Shown here: positions 44,023 through 55,912 of the stretch, piece by piece
Layout of the letters: each line of letters opens with the position of its first letter
Numbering within the stretch: the first letter of the stretch is position 1
Assembly: GCF_009914755.1 (NCBI RefSeq)
Contig: NC_060930.1
From: the human T2T-CHM13v2.0 reference genome, Homo sapiens
Length of the DNA: 64,000 nt
Direction: 5' to 3' (one strand)
Program-made: the position numbers and the translations under genes
The notes under the pieces: generated by a model
The model's database searches: none
What the model was told of the DNA's origin: nothing
What the model saw: the letters and a program-made list of their open reading frames with translations, nothing else

Positions 44023-44879
44023 TACACACATTTCATCAACTCATATTAAATAAAAAATTAAAACTTTGTTTACAAATTAGATCCATATTATTGCCAGAGA
44101 AAAATCCAAGACTTTTTAATTATTAACAAGGTATGTTAGGCAAAAAGATAAAATTTTAACCTGAATTTGTGCCTCAAATGGCAATTTGCACAAGCATAGA
44201 AAGGAGGTTTTTCATGGCCACAGCTCAGTAAGAACCTACGTTGTAAAAAAGTAGGCCAAAAACCAACATAATCTTGTACTATGTTAATAGGCATTAAATG
44301 CTCAGATGAATGCCAGGCATGATCTCTAGACTACCATGTATGGTGCCTGATTCCACTCCTCTTGCAAATCTCATCTCGGGAATAGAAAACATCACATGGC
44401 TCCAGGTGGGGAGGAATAAGGAAATACTAAAAAGATTGGGCAGAGTAAAGCAATCTTACCTGTTTTCTTTTTTTTTCTTCCCCCCCCCCCCTTCCCCCCA
44501 CTGTCAGGGTCAGGACAGCATAAGACATAGTGGGATGGGACAAGGATGATAAGCATCTGATCCAAAAGCATAAAAAGATGACCAATGCTTTCTTCATCTC
44601 TTATTTTCATTTATCAAAGGGATGGCACTATTATGAGCTATGCATTTGGGGTTAGGAGATTATTTTTTTTTAGGAAGCATCATTGACTTTAGGCAGAGAA
44701 GACCAATAGGATGGAGCCCTGAGAGAGAATACAAGGAGGAACTGGCTACCTGCTGAAACCTCTTGAACCTGTCTTTCATAGGTGAAATGGTGTGCTCAAG
44801 TTTTCTTCTAACTAGTTTCTCACAGTAGAAAAGTTACGAAGGGATTCAGAGTAGAAGCATAATCGAAGAAGGAAGGAAG

Positions 44880-45330
44880 TTCATTTGGCTAAAATGAGTT
44901 CCTTGACAGTGCAGTAGGTAGCAGGATGGCAGACAAATGTAGACAATAAGAATACCCAGGTCACTGGTCAGGCCATGTCTAAGAACTGTATTCAGGGTCG
45001 GGTACTACATTTTAAGTAGAGAATGTGATAAATCAGAAAAGCGGGACAAGGAACGATAAAGGGTCTGAAAATCACATCCTACGAGGAAAGGTTGATGTCT
45101 AGCCTGCAAAAGAAGGTAAACCGAATTGGGAGCTTCATGTCTATAAGCATATAAGAGGCGTCCACATCTCTAGTCTATCAAATGGGTAAACAAGGAGGAA
45201 AATGGTGCCAATTATGGAGTATCCATATTTGCTCCAAATGAGGAACATTATAACAATTATAAAATGAAAAAGTTGACTTATGGAGCTATCGAGAACCCTT
45301 ATCTGGATGTGTCTAAGCAGAGATTGGTAA
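44880..45330 (+). mobile_element. L3/CR1 relic
   Basis: 'actgtattcagggtcgggtactacattttaag...gggtctgaaaatcacatcctacgaggaaaggttg...ctggatgtgtctaagcagag' resembles the CR1 3' region. Confidence 0.6.
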
Positions 45331-45371
45331 AGATTGTCTTGTTTTTTATTCTTTAAAAATCCATGTAATTT

Positions 45372-46517
45372 TTTTTATTATACTTTAAGTTCTAGGGTAC
45401 ATGTGCACAACGTGCAGGTTTGTTACATATGTATACATGTGCCGTGTTGGTGTGCTGCACCTATTAACTTGTCATTTACATTAGGTATATCTCCTAATGC
45501 TATCCCTCCCCCCTCCCCAGGGGAACAGGAAGGGGAACATCAAACACCCCACAAAAGGCCCCGGTGTGTGATGTTCCCCTTCCTGTGTCCAAGTGTTCTC
45601 ATTGTTCAATTCCCACCTATGAGTGAGAACATGCGGTGTTTGGTTTTTTGTCTTTGTGATAGTTTGCTGAGAATGATGGTTTCCAGCTTCATCCATGTCC
45701 CTACAAAGGACATGAACTCATCAATTTTTATGGCTGCATAGTATTCCATGGTGTATATGTGCCACATTTTCTTAATCCAGTCAATCATTGTTGGACATTT
45801 GGGTTGGTTCCAAGTCTTTGCTATTGTGAGTAGTGCCACAATAAACATACGTGTGCATGTGTCTTTATAGCAGCATGATTTATATTCCTTTGGGTATATA
45901 CTCAGTAACGGGATGGCTGGGTCAAACAGTATTTCTAGTTCTAGATCCCTGAGGAATCGCAACACTGTCTTCCACAATGGTTGAACTAGTTTACAGTCCC
46001 ACCAACAGTGTAAAAGTATTCCTATTTCTCCACATCCTCTCCAGCACCTGTTGTTTCCTGAGTTTTTAATGATCGCCATTCTAACTTGTGTGAGATGATA
46101 TCTCATTGTGGTTTTGATTTGCATTTCTCTGATGGCCAGTGATGATGAGCATTTTTTCATATGTCTGTTGGCTGCATAAATGTCTTCTTTTAAGAAGTGT
46201 CTGTTCATATCCTTTGCCCACTTTTTGATGGGGTTGTTTTTTTCTTGTAAATTTGTTTGAGTTCTTTGTAGATTCTGGATATTAGCCCTTTGTCAGATGA
46301 GTAGATTGTAAAAATTTTCTCCCATTCTGTAGGTTGCCTGTTCACTCTGATGGTAGTTTATTTTGCTGTGTCAAAGCTCTTTAGTTTAATTAGATCCCAT
46401 TTCTCAATTTTGGCTTTTGTTGCCATTGCTTTTGTTGTTTTAGATGTGAAGTCCTTGCCCATGCCTATGTCCTGAATGGTATTGCCTAGGTTTTCTTCTA
46501 GGGTTTTTATGGTTTTA
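45372..46517 (-). mobile_element. L1PA4-like 3' 1.15 kb (inverted part of a composite insertion)
   Basis: ORF 45606..46208 is the ORF2p C-terminus, followed by the 3' UTR. TSD aaaaatccatgtaattt at 45355-45371 and 46654-46670. Confidence 0.93.
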
Positions 46518-47656
46518 TAGATTAAACATAATTGAAGCTTTATATTAAAGAGTGAATTGGTGTCATTCTAATATAAACATGTTTATCTCATGTACATTGA
46601 AATGTTAGATAATTCATTCATTAACAATAAATTGAGTGAGTCAAAACTTCAAAAAAAATCCATGTAATTTCTCCTCTCTTTCATTTATTCATTCCTTTTA
46701 CTGGATACCTACTTGGATCAAGCCTATACTAGGTGCTGAGGAGACCAAGAAGAATAAAACACAATCTGACAAGGTACTCTCATCCTCTGAAGAAGATTGG
46801 CACAATATAAAAAGGGTGATAGGAAGGGGAACCTACCCAAACTGACAAGGCTTGACTTCAGAAGTAATTCTAGGAGGATGGGTATAGAAAAAATGCACCA
46901 GGCCTCAGAATCAGAATCAGTCCACCTACCCTCCCTCCGTAATGTGGCAATGGCACAGGCAGTCCCTGAGGGGCTAAATCCCTGCTACAGGGAGAGTCCC
47001 CAGGTCCAGGAGAATATTTTTGAAAGTTTTCAGGCCTGGAATCTTAATCGAGGTCTTCTCTTGAGTCCTGGTAGTATCATCATATAAATAACCAACTTAG
47101 GCAATTAAATGCTAATAGCCTTATAAGAAGTTGAAACTGAAACATACTTCTGTAAATGTAATCTACATTTACTATACTAGATACTACACTAGATACTCAT
47201 ACAGTGTATACTCACGTAAGTGGGCTGACTACCATCCAATAACAGCATTGGCATGGGTGCAAATGGGAAAAACAAAGGCCAAATTGATGTTTTACTTTGG
47301 AGCAGGATAAGGGAAGTACTCTGACAGACTGTGCCAGCATAAGCCTCATAAAAACAACTGGGAATGTAGAAAAGAAAAGGAAAAAAGTGGACAGAGTGAT
47401 AAAGAAAGATAATGTTAAGTACATATAACCAGCATCTACTTTGATTCAGTATACTACACTACAGGTTTTTCTCCATAACATTTTCTTGTCAAATATTATT
47501 CTCAGGGCAAGATAGTAAGATCAACAATGTGGGTAGTCAGAGTTAAGCCTCATACAGTGAGGACACTCCAATCCTCTGAGTTCTCACTCTCCCTCTTCTA
47601 TCTCTACTCCCTCTGTCTATCTCTCTCTGTCTCCCTCCCTCTCCTCAGTAGGTAAG

Positions 47657-47670
47657 TAGATAGATAGATG

Positions 47671-47724
<54 letters not shown>

Positions 47725-47738
47725 TAGATAGATAGATA
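47657..47738. repeat. Compound tetranucleotide STR ...(GATA)10(GACA)3(GATA)4
   Basis: Read directly. Preceded by a CT-rich low-complexity tract at about 47581-47646. Confidence 0.95.
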
Positions 47739-49234
47739 TTGTTCAGTTAGAGTTTGTGGCCTCAAACCTTTATATCACCCTTTGGTCACTATCAAAATGG
47801 AAGTTCCTTGGAAAAATAATACTATTCTATCAGACGTCGATACTCTCTTGGGCTGGGGGTACTAACAGGGTACCACTGCACTTCACAGCTTGACTTGAAG
47901 GGTGCTGACAAAATACGATGTGAATCTATATGAACTATTGAGCAGGGTCCTGGCCACATAGCAGGTTCTCAATGAAGGCCAGTTTCCTCCTTCCATAACT
48001 CTCCCTTTTGCTTCTCTTCTCAATAGGCTTAAAGAATCACATTGCTAGAGTCATAGTAATTCTCCAAGGAAGTGGCCCAGGCTTGGGGTGATGACAAGCA
48101 CAAACTCCTTATATGATGCTGTTCTTTGCCATAACACATCCATTGTGCCAACACCCTTCTTCTTGTCACATGGTAGGTCTTCAAAAAATGGGAATGCCCC
48201 CCTCTTCTCCTTCCTTCAGAAGGAAATGACATTAGTTTCTCTTCCACTTAACTTCATTAAATCCAACTGAACATACATTTAGTGTCTTCTAAATACTACT
48301 TGTTATTTAGTCCTGTGATGAGCTCAGCTACCTGAGGTTGCAAAATGCTTAACTGTGGAGTTGTTGGACAACTAATAATTCTGAGAGACTCAAGCCAGGC
48401 TAAGTGGGGTTGGCAGGGGGTAGTGGGAGGGTCCTCATAGATTGGTCTTGCTGCACTCCTCACTGTGACCTCACTCTGTCCAGGAAGGACACTGTGAGCT
48501 ATCCCTCACTCATAGGCATTGTAGGGTCCTGCACATGCTCAGAATATTCATTTGATTTATTACAATTCTAGATATTAATGAAACACAATATTACTGCCTT
48601 TGTAGCCTAGATTAACCCAGTTTGCTGAGGCCATGACTAAGTTTATCTGATATCAAGTATTTGGCAATGAGGACATTAAAAATTTAAGTACATCTTTTCC
48701 TGTAAGTACGGGGTGTGGCTAAAGCAATAATCCTGCTTTATTTTCAAATAACATAAACATGACTAGCATTTTGACAAATTAGCCTATCATTACAAAATTA
48801 CCAGCTCAAGAAAAATTATTACAATTCAGGAACCCCTTCCACTGCTATAAACTACTCTCCCAGATATATTTAGATTTGTGCATCACCACACATCTCTCAT
48901 TTTGTAATAATTTAAAACAATGATGGTGTGATTACAAGAGAGAGAAGCAAGACATATTTCATGATAGCCCAAGATTTTCAAAAACATAAAGATGGTGTAC
49001 GCTAATTCAACCTTTGGAGAAGTTAAGAGGTGATAGGTACACAAGCAGATGGACTTGGTCCACAAGCAAGATCACAAGCTTCTCTCATGTCATTGAAGGT
49101 TTCCAGCCATTTATCCTTACAGAGCATTTTTCCAGGGAGGCAATACAACACAGATGCTGTATCCACAGAGCAACGTATCTGTCCTTGCGAGGGGAACATC
49201 ATCTTAGTAATTCAAAGACTAACTCTAAATACCT

Positions 49235-49440
49235 AACATTTACTAAGTCTGTGCCATGTATGTGTTAATATACTGAGTGATTTACATGAATTATCATACA
49301 TGAGATAGATAATATTATAATGTCTAATTAACAGATGAAGAAATTTAGGTTTAGAAAGTTACTGAAGCAATATTACCTGTAAAAGACAGAGCAGGAATTT
49401 GACCCTGGCTTCACTAAACCTAGAGCCACACTCTTATTTG
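49235..49440 (-). mobile_element. MIR
   Basis: 'acatttactaag...gtgcca...ttacatgaattatc...acagatgaagaaatttaggtttagaaagtt...agagcaggaatttgaccc'. Confidence 0.7.
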
Positions 49441-52340
49441 CTGTGCTGGGCTTCCATGAACAGAAGAAACTCTCTCAAGTTGGAAACAGCCAGGGTCGCT
49501 ATGATCCCCTGAACAACCAATTTCTCTTCTTGTGCTCTAGGCTGAATTGTTTGAATCAAGCAGAATGCAATATGCTCACACATACACACACATATTTTTC
49601 ACATAGAAAGTCTTCATGAACATACACAGAAAGTAAAGATATTTACTAACAGTAACATCTTTGAAAAAAAATTCTACACCACCACTAGGACTTGACTTAA
49701 ATGTGAATTACAAGGTAACTGCGATTTCTCATAATTTTAAAAATTCTGGTAATATGTTCTTCCTTCTCAGAAAATATCCCATACTGATGATGGAAAACAT
49801 ATTGTATGAGGTCCATTCTTTGAACATTGCTCTTTTTGTAGTACCCCTCACTTAAAATGCAAATATTACTGGAAGTGTAACTTAGTAAGTCATGAGCAAC
49901 TTTATGTAAGTAGTTTTATTATAACCCTCAGTTCCCATGAGCCAAGAGGGCATTCAGGGTGCTTAAACACACAATGGACCTCAGCTAAAAAACAAACCAA
50001 AACAAAAAATCTGGTAGTCATCTAGGGCTTGTCTCAAAACTAGTGAGCAGGTTCACAGAATGACCAACACGTAAGAGAAGATGGTATGTCTTCTATTGTA
50101 GGGGAGAGCTAGAGATCTCTGTTTTATAACATAGCAGTAGCTTTCCTAATAACATTTTAATATCTAAGTTATGTCCAAATGTTATTTGGGCCTCTGGGCA
50201 TTTTTGAAAACAACATTCTCAGATTCTATGCATAATGATTACCTCGCTTATAATAAAATACCGCAGGATATTTTCTAAAATTTCCTATTGAATAAAAAGG
50301 TGGACCTGGACTGCTGTTCCTGGGAAGATGGAGTAGATACACTCTTCCCTCTTCCTTTCACTAAGTACAACTAAAAACCATGGGTAGTCAATAGAAAACA
50401 AGCATAATAAGACTTTGAAACTCTGAAGAGTGGAAAGAAGGAGGAAGACTGGCTATGGAAATGAAGACCCAAAAAATAGCACAGTGGTGAGACCACTGGA
50501 TTTTCTTTTTGTTTCACATATATCCCAGACTAGAAGCTGAAAATATCAACCACCATGAAATGCCAATCAATGGGTGCAGGAGGAAAAAAAAAAAGTTTGC
50601 TCTCTCTAGCCAGAGGACCAAAAGAGTTAGCTTAGAAAGAAAGAAAACTTTCTTACACAATGTCTGTTCTACTCCAGCCATTCATCAGAGAAAAAAAATC
50701 GTAGCACCACTCTACCTGTGCCAGAGAGGCCAAGTGAGAGCCTAGACTTCCACACTCCTGATGCCATACCAAGGCACCCGAATATCTCCACCAGGGTGGA
50801 GTCAGAGAGGGTTAAATATGAAGCTGGGCTTTCATCCCCCAAGCAGGTAATGAGCTCCCAAGCCCACACAGTCCATGGAGACCAAGCGTAAAGCCTGGAC
50901 TGCCACTCCCACCTAGTAGTAATGAATTGGTCCTTTCTCCACTGGGATGGTGTCAGAGGAGGCATAAGAGGGGAGTCAGTCCTTTCACCATTGTCCAGTG
51001 CTAACAAGGCCACCAACACCATGGGGATTGGCAACTTCCATCTCCCTCTGGCAATAATGAGGACCCCAGTATCAATAGAGGATGAAAGGAAAGCCTGAAC
51101 TTCTACTCTACCTGACGATAATGAAGCATGATCTCTCTGTTGGAGCAGTGTCTGATAAAAAAAAAAAAAAAGAAAAAACAGCTAAAACAGAAGATTTATG
51201 CTGTAAGACTGAGAGTCTTATAACGGAATTCTGAAAATGTCCAGACTTCAATAAAAAAATCACTCACTCTACAAATAACCAAGAAGTTCTCAAATTAAAA
51301 AAGACAATCAGTAGACTCCACCACCAAGAAGACAGAGATGTTAGAATTTCCTGACAAAGATTTTAAAGTGGCTTTTATGAAAATACTCCAATAATCAATT
51401 ACAAATGTGTTTCAAACAAATGATAAATTAGAAAGCCTAGGCAAAGAAATAGAAGAGATAAAGAAAAATCAAATGTAAAAGAAATAAAAAGAAATAACTG
51501 AAATAAAAATTTAAGCAGATGGACTTAAAAATCAGAATGGAGAGGACAGAGAAAATAAACAGAGAACCAGTGGATAGGAAGATAAAGCAATAGAAATTAC
51601 CCACTATGAAATATAAAAAAAAAACTACACTGATAAAATAAACAGTCTCAGGAGCTTGTGGAACTACAACATAATATCTACATTTGTGTCACTGGAATTA
51701 TGGAGGGAGAGGAGAAAGAAAGTGGTGCTGAAAAGAACTTGAAATAATAATGGCTGAAAAGTTCTCAATTCGACAAGAGGCATAAACCTACAAATTCACA
51801 AAGCTTAGCAAGCCATAAACAGAATAAAGCCAAAAAATTTACTCTAATACACGCAATAATTAAACTTTTGAAAACCAAAGATAAAGAAAAAATCTTGAAA
51901 CAGTCTGAGAAAAACAACACTTTATCTATGGAGAAAATAATTAAAATGACAATGAATTTTTCATGAGAAACCACAGAGGCCAGCAAAGGTGGCACAACAT
52001 ATAAAAAGTGCTGAAAGAAAATCATCATCAATCTAGCATCCCATAACCAGCAAAAATATCTTTCAGGCATGAAGGGGAACTCAAGACATTTTCAGATTAA
52101 AAAAACCTGAGAGTTTGTTATCATCAGATCTACCATAAAATTATAGTTAAATGTTTGCCTAAACAGAAAGGAAACACTAAAAGAAAGAACCTTGGAACAT
52201 AAATGAATGTAGAGAAAATATTAATAGTTAAGACAATTATATTATAAATGGGGGAGGATAAAGGGATTTAAAAGGAGGTAAGATTTCTATACTTCACCCG
52301 AACTGGTAAAATGACAGTATCAGTAGATTGTAATGTTATG

Positions 52341-52448
52341 AATATATATATATTATATATATATAAATATAATATATATATATATTTAATATATATAATA
52401 TATTAAATATATATATTTAATATAATATATATATAATATATATATAAT
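52341..52448. repeat. (TA)n / AT-only low-complexity tract
   Basis: About 108 bp containing only A and T. Confidence 0.92.
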
Positions 52449-55399
52449 GAAATAGCTAGAGTTAAAAGAAGAGTTTTTTAAGTTATACCAAGAGATACAT
52501 TCAAAAACACTATAAACAAATAAAAATAAAATTATAAAGAGTGCTCAAGTAACCCACAGAAAGGTAGGAAAAAGAAAACATAAATGAAAAACAGAACAAA
52601 CGAAAAATAAAACCAAAATGACACAGTTAAGTTATAACATATCAATAATTATTTTAAATATAAATGTACTAGTTAAAGGATAAAAGAAACTGAACTTATA
52701 ATTCAAAAATTTCCCCCCAAAATCTCTAGGCCCAGATGTTTTTACTGGAGAATTCTACCAAACTTATGTACAAGAATTAAAACCAATTTTACACAACCTC
52801 TTCTAGAAAATAGAAAATAAAGGAACACTTCCCAGTTCATGTTATGAGGTTAGTGTTATCTTGATACCAAAAACCATACAAAGATAATACGCAGTTTAAA
52901 AAAAGAGCAATATTGCTTATGAATATATGTGCAAAAATACTTTACAAAATATTAGCAAAAAAAGTCAGTAACATATAAAAAGAATTACATACTTTGACCA
53001 AGTGGCATTTATTCCAGGGATGAAAGTCTAGCTCAATATTTAAAAATCAATCACTGTAATCCATCATAAGAGGCTAAGAAAAAAACATTGCATAATTGTA
53101 CCAACTTGACAAAAGTCCATACCCATTTATAATAAAAAGTCTCAGAAAAATTAGAATAGAGGGGAAGTTTCATCAGCTTCAGAGCATCTACAAAAAATCA
53201 ATAGCTAATACTATACTTAATAGTAAAAGACTGAATGCTTTCCCCCTACTATCAAGAAAAGGATGTATACTCTCACTACGCTTATTTCAACATAACACTG
53301 GAAGTTCCAGTCAATGCAATAAGATAAGAAAAAGAAATAAAAGTCATACATGTGAAGAAGGAAGAAATAACACTGTATTTATTTGAACATAACATCTTGA
53401 TCTATATTGAAAATCTTAAGGAATTCACAAAAAGACTACAAGAACTAATAAGTGAGTCCAGTGAGGTCACAGGATACAAGGTAAACATATAAAAATCAAT
53501 TGTATGTCCATATACTGGCAAAGGACATATAGACACCTAAATTAAAAGCACAATACCATTTACAATTGCTCAAAAAAAAGAAATAGGTATAAATCTAACA
53601 ATACATGTACAGTATTGATATGCTGAAAACTAAACAACAATAATAAAAGAAATTAAAGAAGATTTCAATACATGGAGAAATACACCATGCTCATAGATCA
53701 GAAAACTGAACATAGTCAAGATGGCAATTCTCTCCAAAACTGATAGATGGTTAATATCATTCCTTTCAAAATTCCAGTAATATTTTTATAGATATGGACA
53801 AAAGAATTCTAGAATTTATGTGGAAAGGCATTGGCACTAACACAGCTAAAATAACTTTGAAAAATAAGACAAAGTGGGAGGAACCAGTCTACCTGATTTC
53901 AAGACTTAACAGCCACAGTAGTCAATCCTATTGTATTTGTGTAGGGCTAGACATACAGATCATTAAAACAGAACCTAGAAATAGACCTATACAAATATTT
54001 CTAGCTTCTATTTAATGAAGTTACAAAAACACTTCAAAAGAGGAAAGGTAGCCTTATTGATAAATGGTATCAGGCAATTGGGCATCCATAGACAACAAGA
54101 AGACAAGGAGTCAGCGAAGTGGAGAAGGAGGAGGTGGAAGGAGAAGAAGGAAGAGGAGGAGATCAACTTAGACTTAAGTCTGATACCTTAATAAAAATTA
54201 AATAAAATTGAATCACAGTCTTCACTATAAAGCATAAAACTATAAAATGTTTAGAAAAAAATTAGGAGAAAATTTTCAGGATCTAGTTCTGAGCAAATAA
54301 TTCTTAGACTTGAAACCAAAAGCACATAAAAGGAAATTGGTAAATTGAACTTCATCAAAATTACACATTTTTGCTTCACATAAGACTCTGTTAAGAGACT
54401 GAAAAGACATGCTACAGACTGGGAAAAAATAATTGCACATCATATATCTGACAAGGAACTAGTATCTAAAAGATACGTTAACTTAAAAAAAACTCTGAAA
54501 ACCCAGCAACAAAAAATATCATTATAAGATGGGCAAAAGACACGAAAAGACATTTTATTGAGGAGGATATGTAGATGGCAGATAAGCACATGAAAAAATG
54601 TTCAATATCAATAACCAGTAGAGAAATACAAATAAAAACCACAATGAGCTATCACTGCACACCTATCAGAATGGCTTACATGAAAAAATAGTGACACCAC
54701 CAAATGTTGGCAAGGATACAGAGAAACTGGACAGATCAGCTGTTGGGGATTTAAACTGCTATGGCTGCTCTACAAAACATTTTGGCAGTTTCTTTAAAAA
54801 TTAAACATGCAATTACCATGTGGCCTAGAGATTGTACTCCTGGGCACATTTTTTACGCCAGAGAAACAGAGTTATGTTCACACCAAAATCCTGTATCCAA
54901 ATTTTTATAGTGGCTTTATTCATAATAGCCTAAACCTGGAAAAAACCCAAATACCCTTCAACAGGTGAATGATGAAACAAATTTCAGTGCATCTATACCA
55001 TAGAATACTACTCAGCAATAAAAAACAAACAAGTATATTTTCCATGCAGAAAAATATGGATGAATCTCCAGTGAATTAACGCTGAGTGAAAAAGTCCAGT
55101 CAGAGAAAGTTACATATTGCATGGTTCCATTTTTGCAACATGCTTGAAATGACAAAATTATAGAAATGGAGAACAGATTAGTCTTTGCCAGGGTAAGGAG
55201 AAGAGGCGGCCAGGTAGGAAATGGCTGTGGCTATAACTGGCAACATAAGAGATCCTCGTAGTGATGGAAATGTTATATTTCTTGACTCTATCAATGTCAA
55301 TAGCTTGGTTGTAAAATGTGCTCTAGTGCTGCAAAATATTAACATCGTGGGACACTGGGAAATGAATACATGGGATGTTTCTGAACTCTTTATTACTTC

Positions 55400-55546
55400 T
55401 TCTTCCTTTTTTTTTTTTTTGTTTGTTTGTTTGATTTTTTCAGTAGAGATGGTGGAGGTGGAGGGTTCCAGGGTGATCTTGAACTCCTGGCTTCAAGGGA
55501 TCCTCCCACCTCAGCCTCCCAAAGTGCTGAGCCACCGCGCCTGGCC
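55400..55546 (-). mobile_element. FLAM / Alu monomer inserted in the L1MD 3' UTR
   Basis: T-rich tail, then 'ttgaactcctggcttcaagggatcctcccacctcagcctcccaaagtgctg...ccaccgcgcctggcc'. Confidence 0.8.
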
Positions 55547-55780
55547 TATTTCTTACCATTGCATGTGTATTTACAATTTTCTCAAAAGAAAAAGTTGAAT
55601 TAAGAGATAATACTCAGAAGCCATCCAAAACAAAATAAATACAGGTTATTAACAATATATACATGTTAAGTTGTATCTATATGTTATTTGACATCCTCTA
55701 CCAGATGTTTGGAAACTGAGAAATTTGATCATGGAGATTAAATAATTTATATTATTTTTCTTTTTACAAAATACCTGGAA

Positions 55781-55912
55781 CAGGGATGGCAAATAGATTA
55801 AATTTGATACATTATTTGATGGGAAAGGGTGCTATAAGGGAAGAGGAATGTCTGTTATGAGCCCTGTATTGGGGGATGTTGTGGCCTGTGTACCACCTAA
55901 TTGCCATTCCTG
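55781..55912. mobile_element. Short hAT-like MITE
   Basis: 16-bp imperfect TIRs cagggatggcaaatag / ctaattgccattcctg. Degenerate 8-bp flanks acctggaa / ccttggag. Confidence 0.55.

Larger units (their letters stand above)
50308..55600 (+). mobile_element. L1MD-like old LINE, 5' UTR to 3' end, with internal deletions
   Basis: 5' 'ttcctgggaagatggagtag', ORF1-like region 51300-52200, RT region (LNAFPL, 'attccagggatg'), and L1MD-type 3' UTR ('gtggctataactggcaacataagagatcctcgtagtgatggaa'). Confidence 0.82.
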
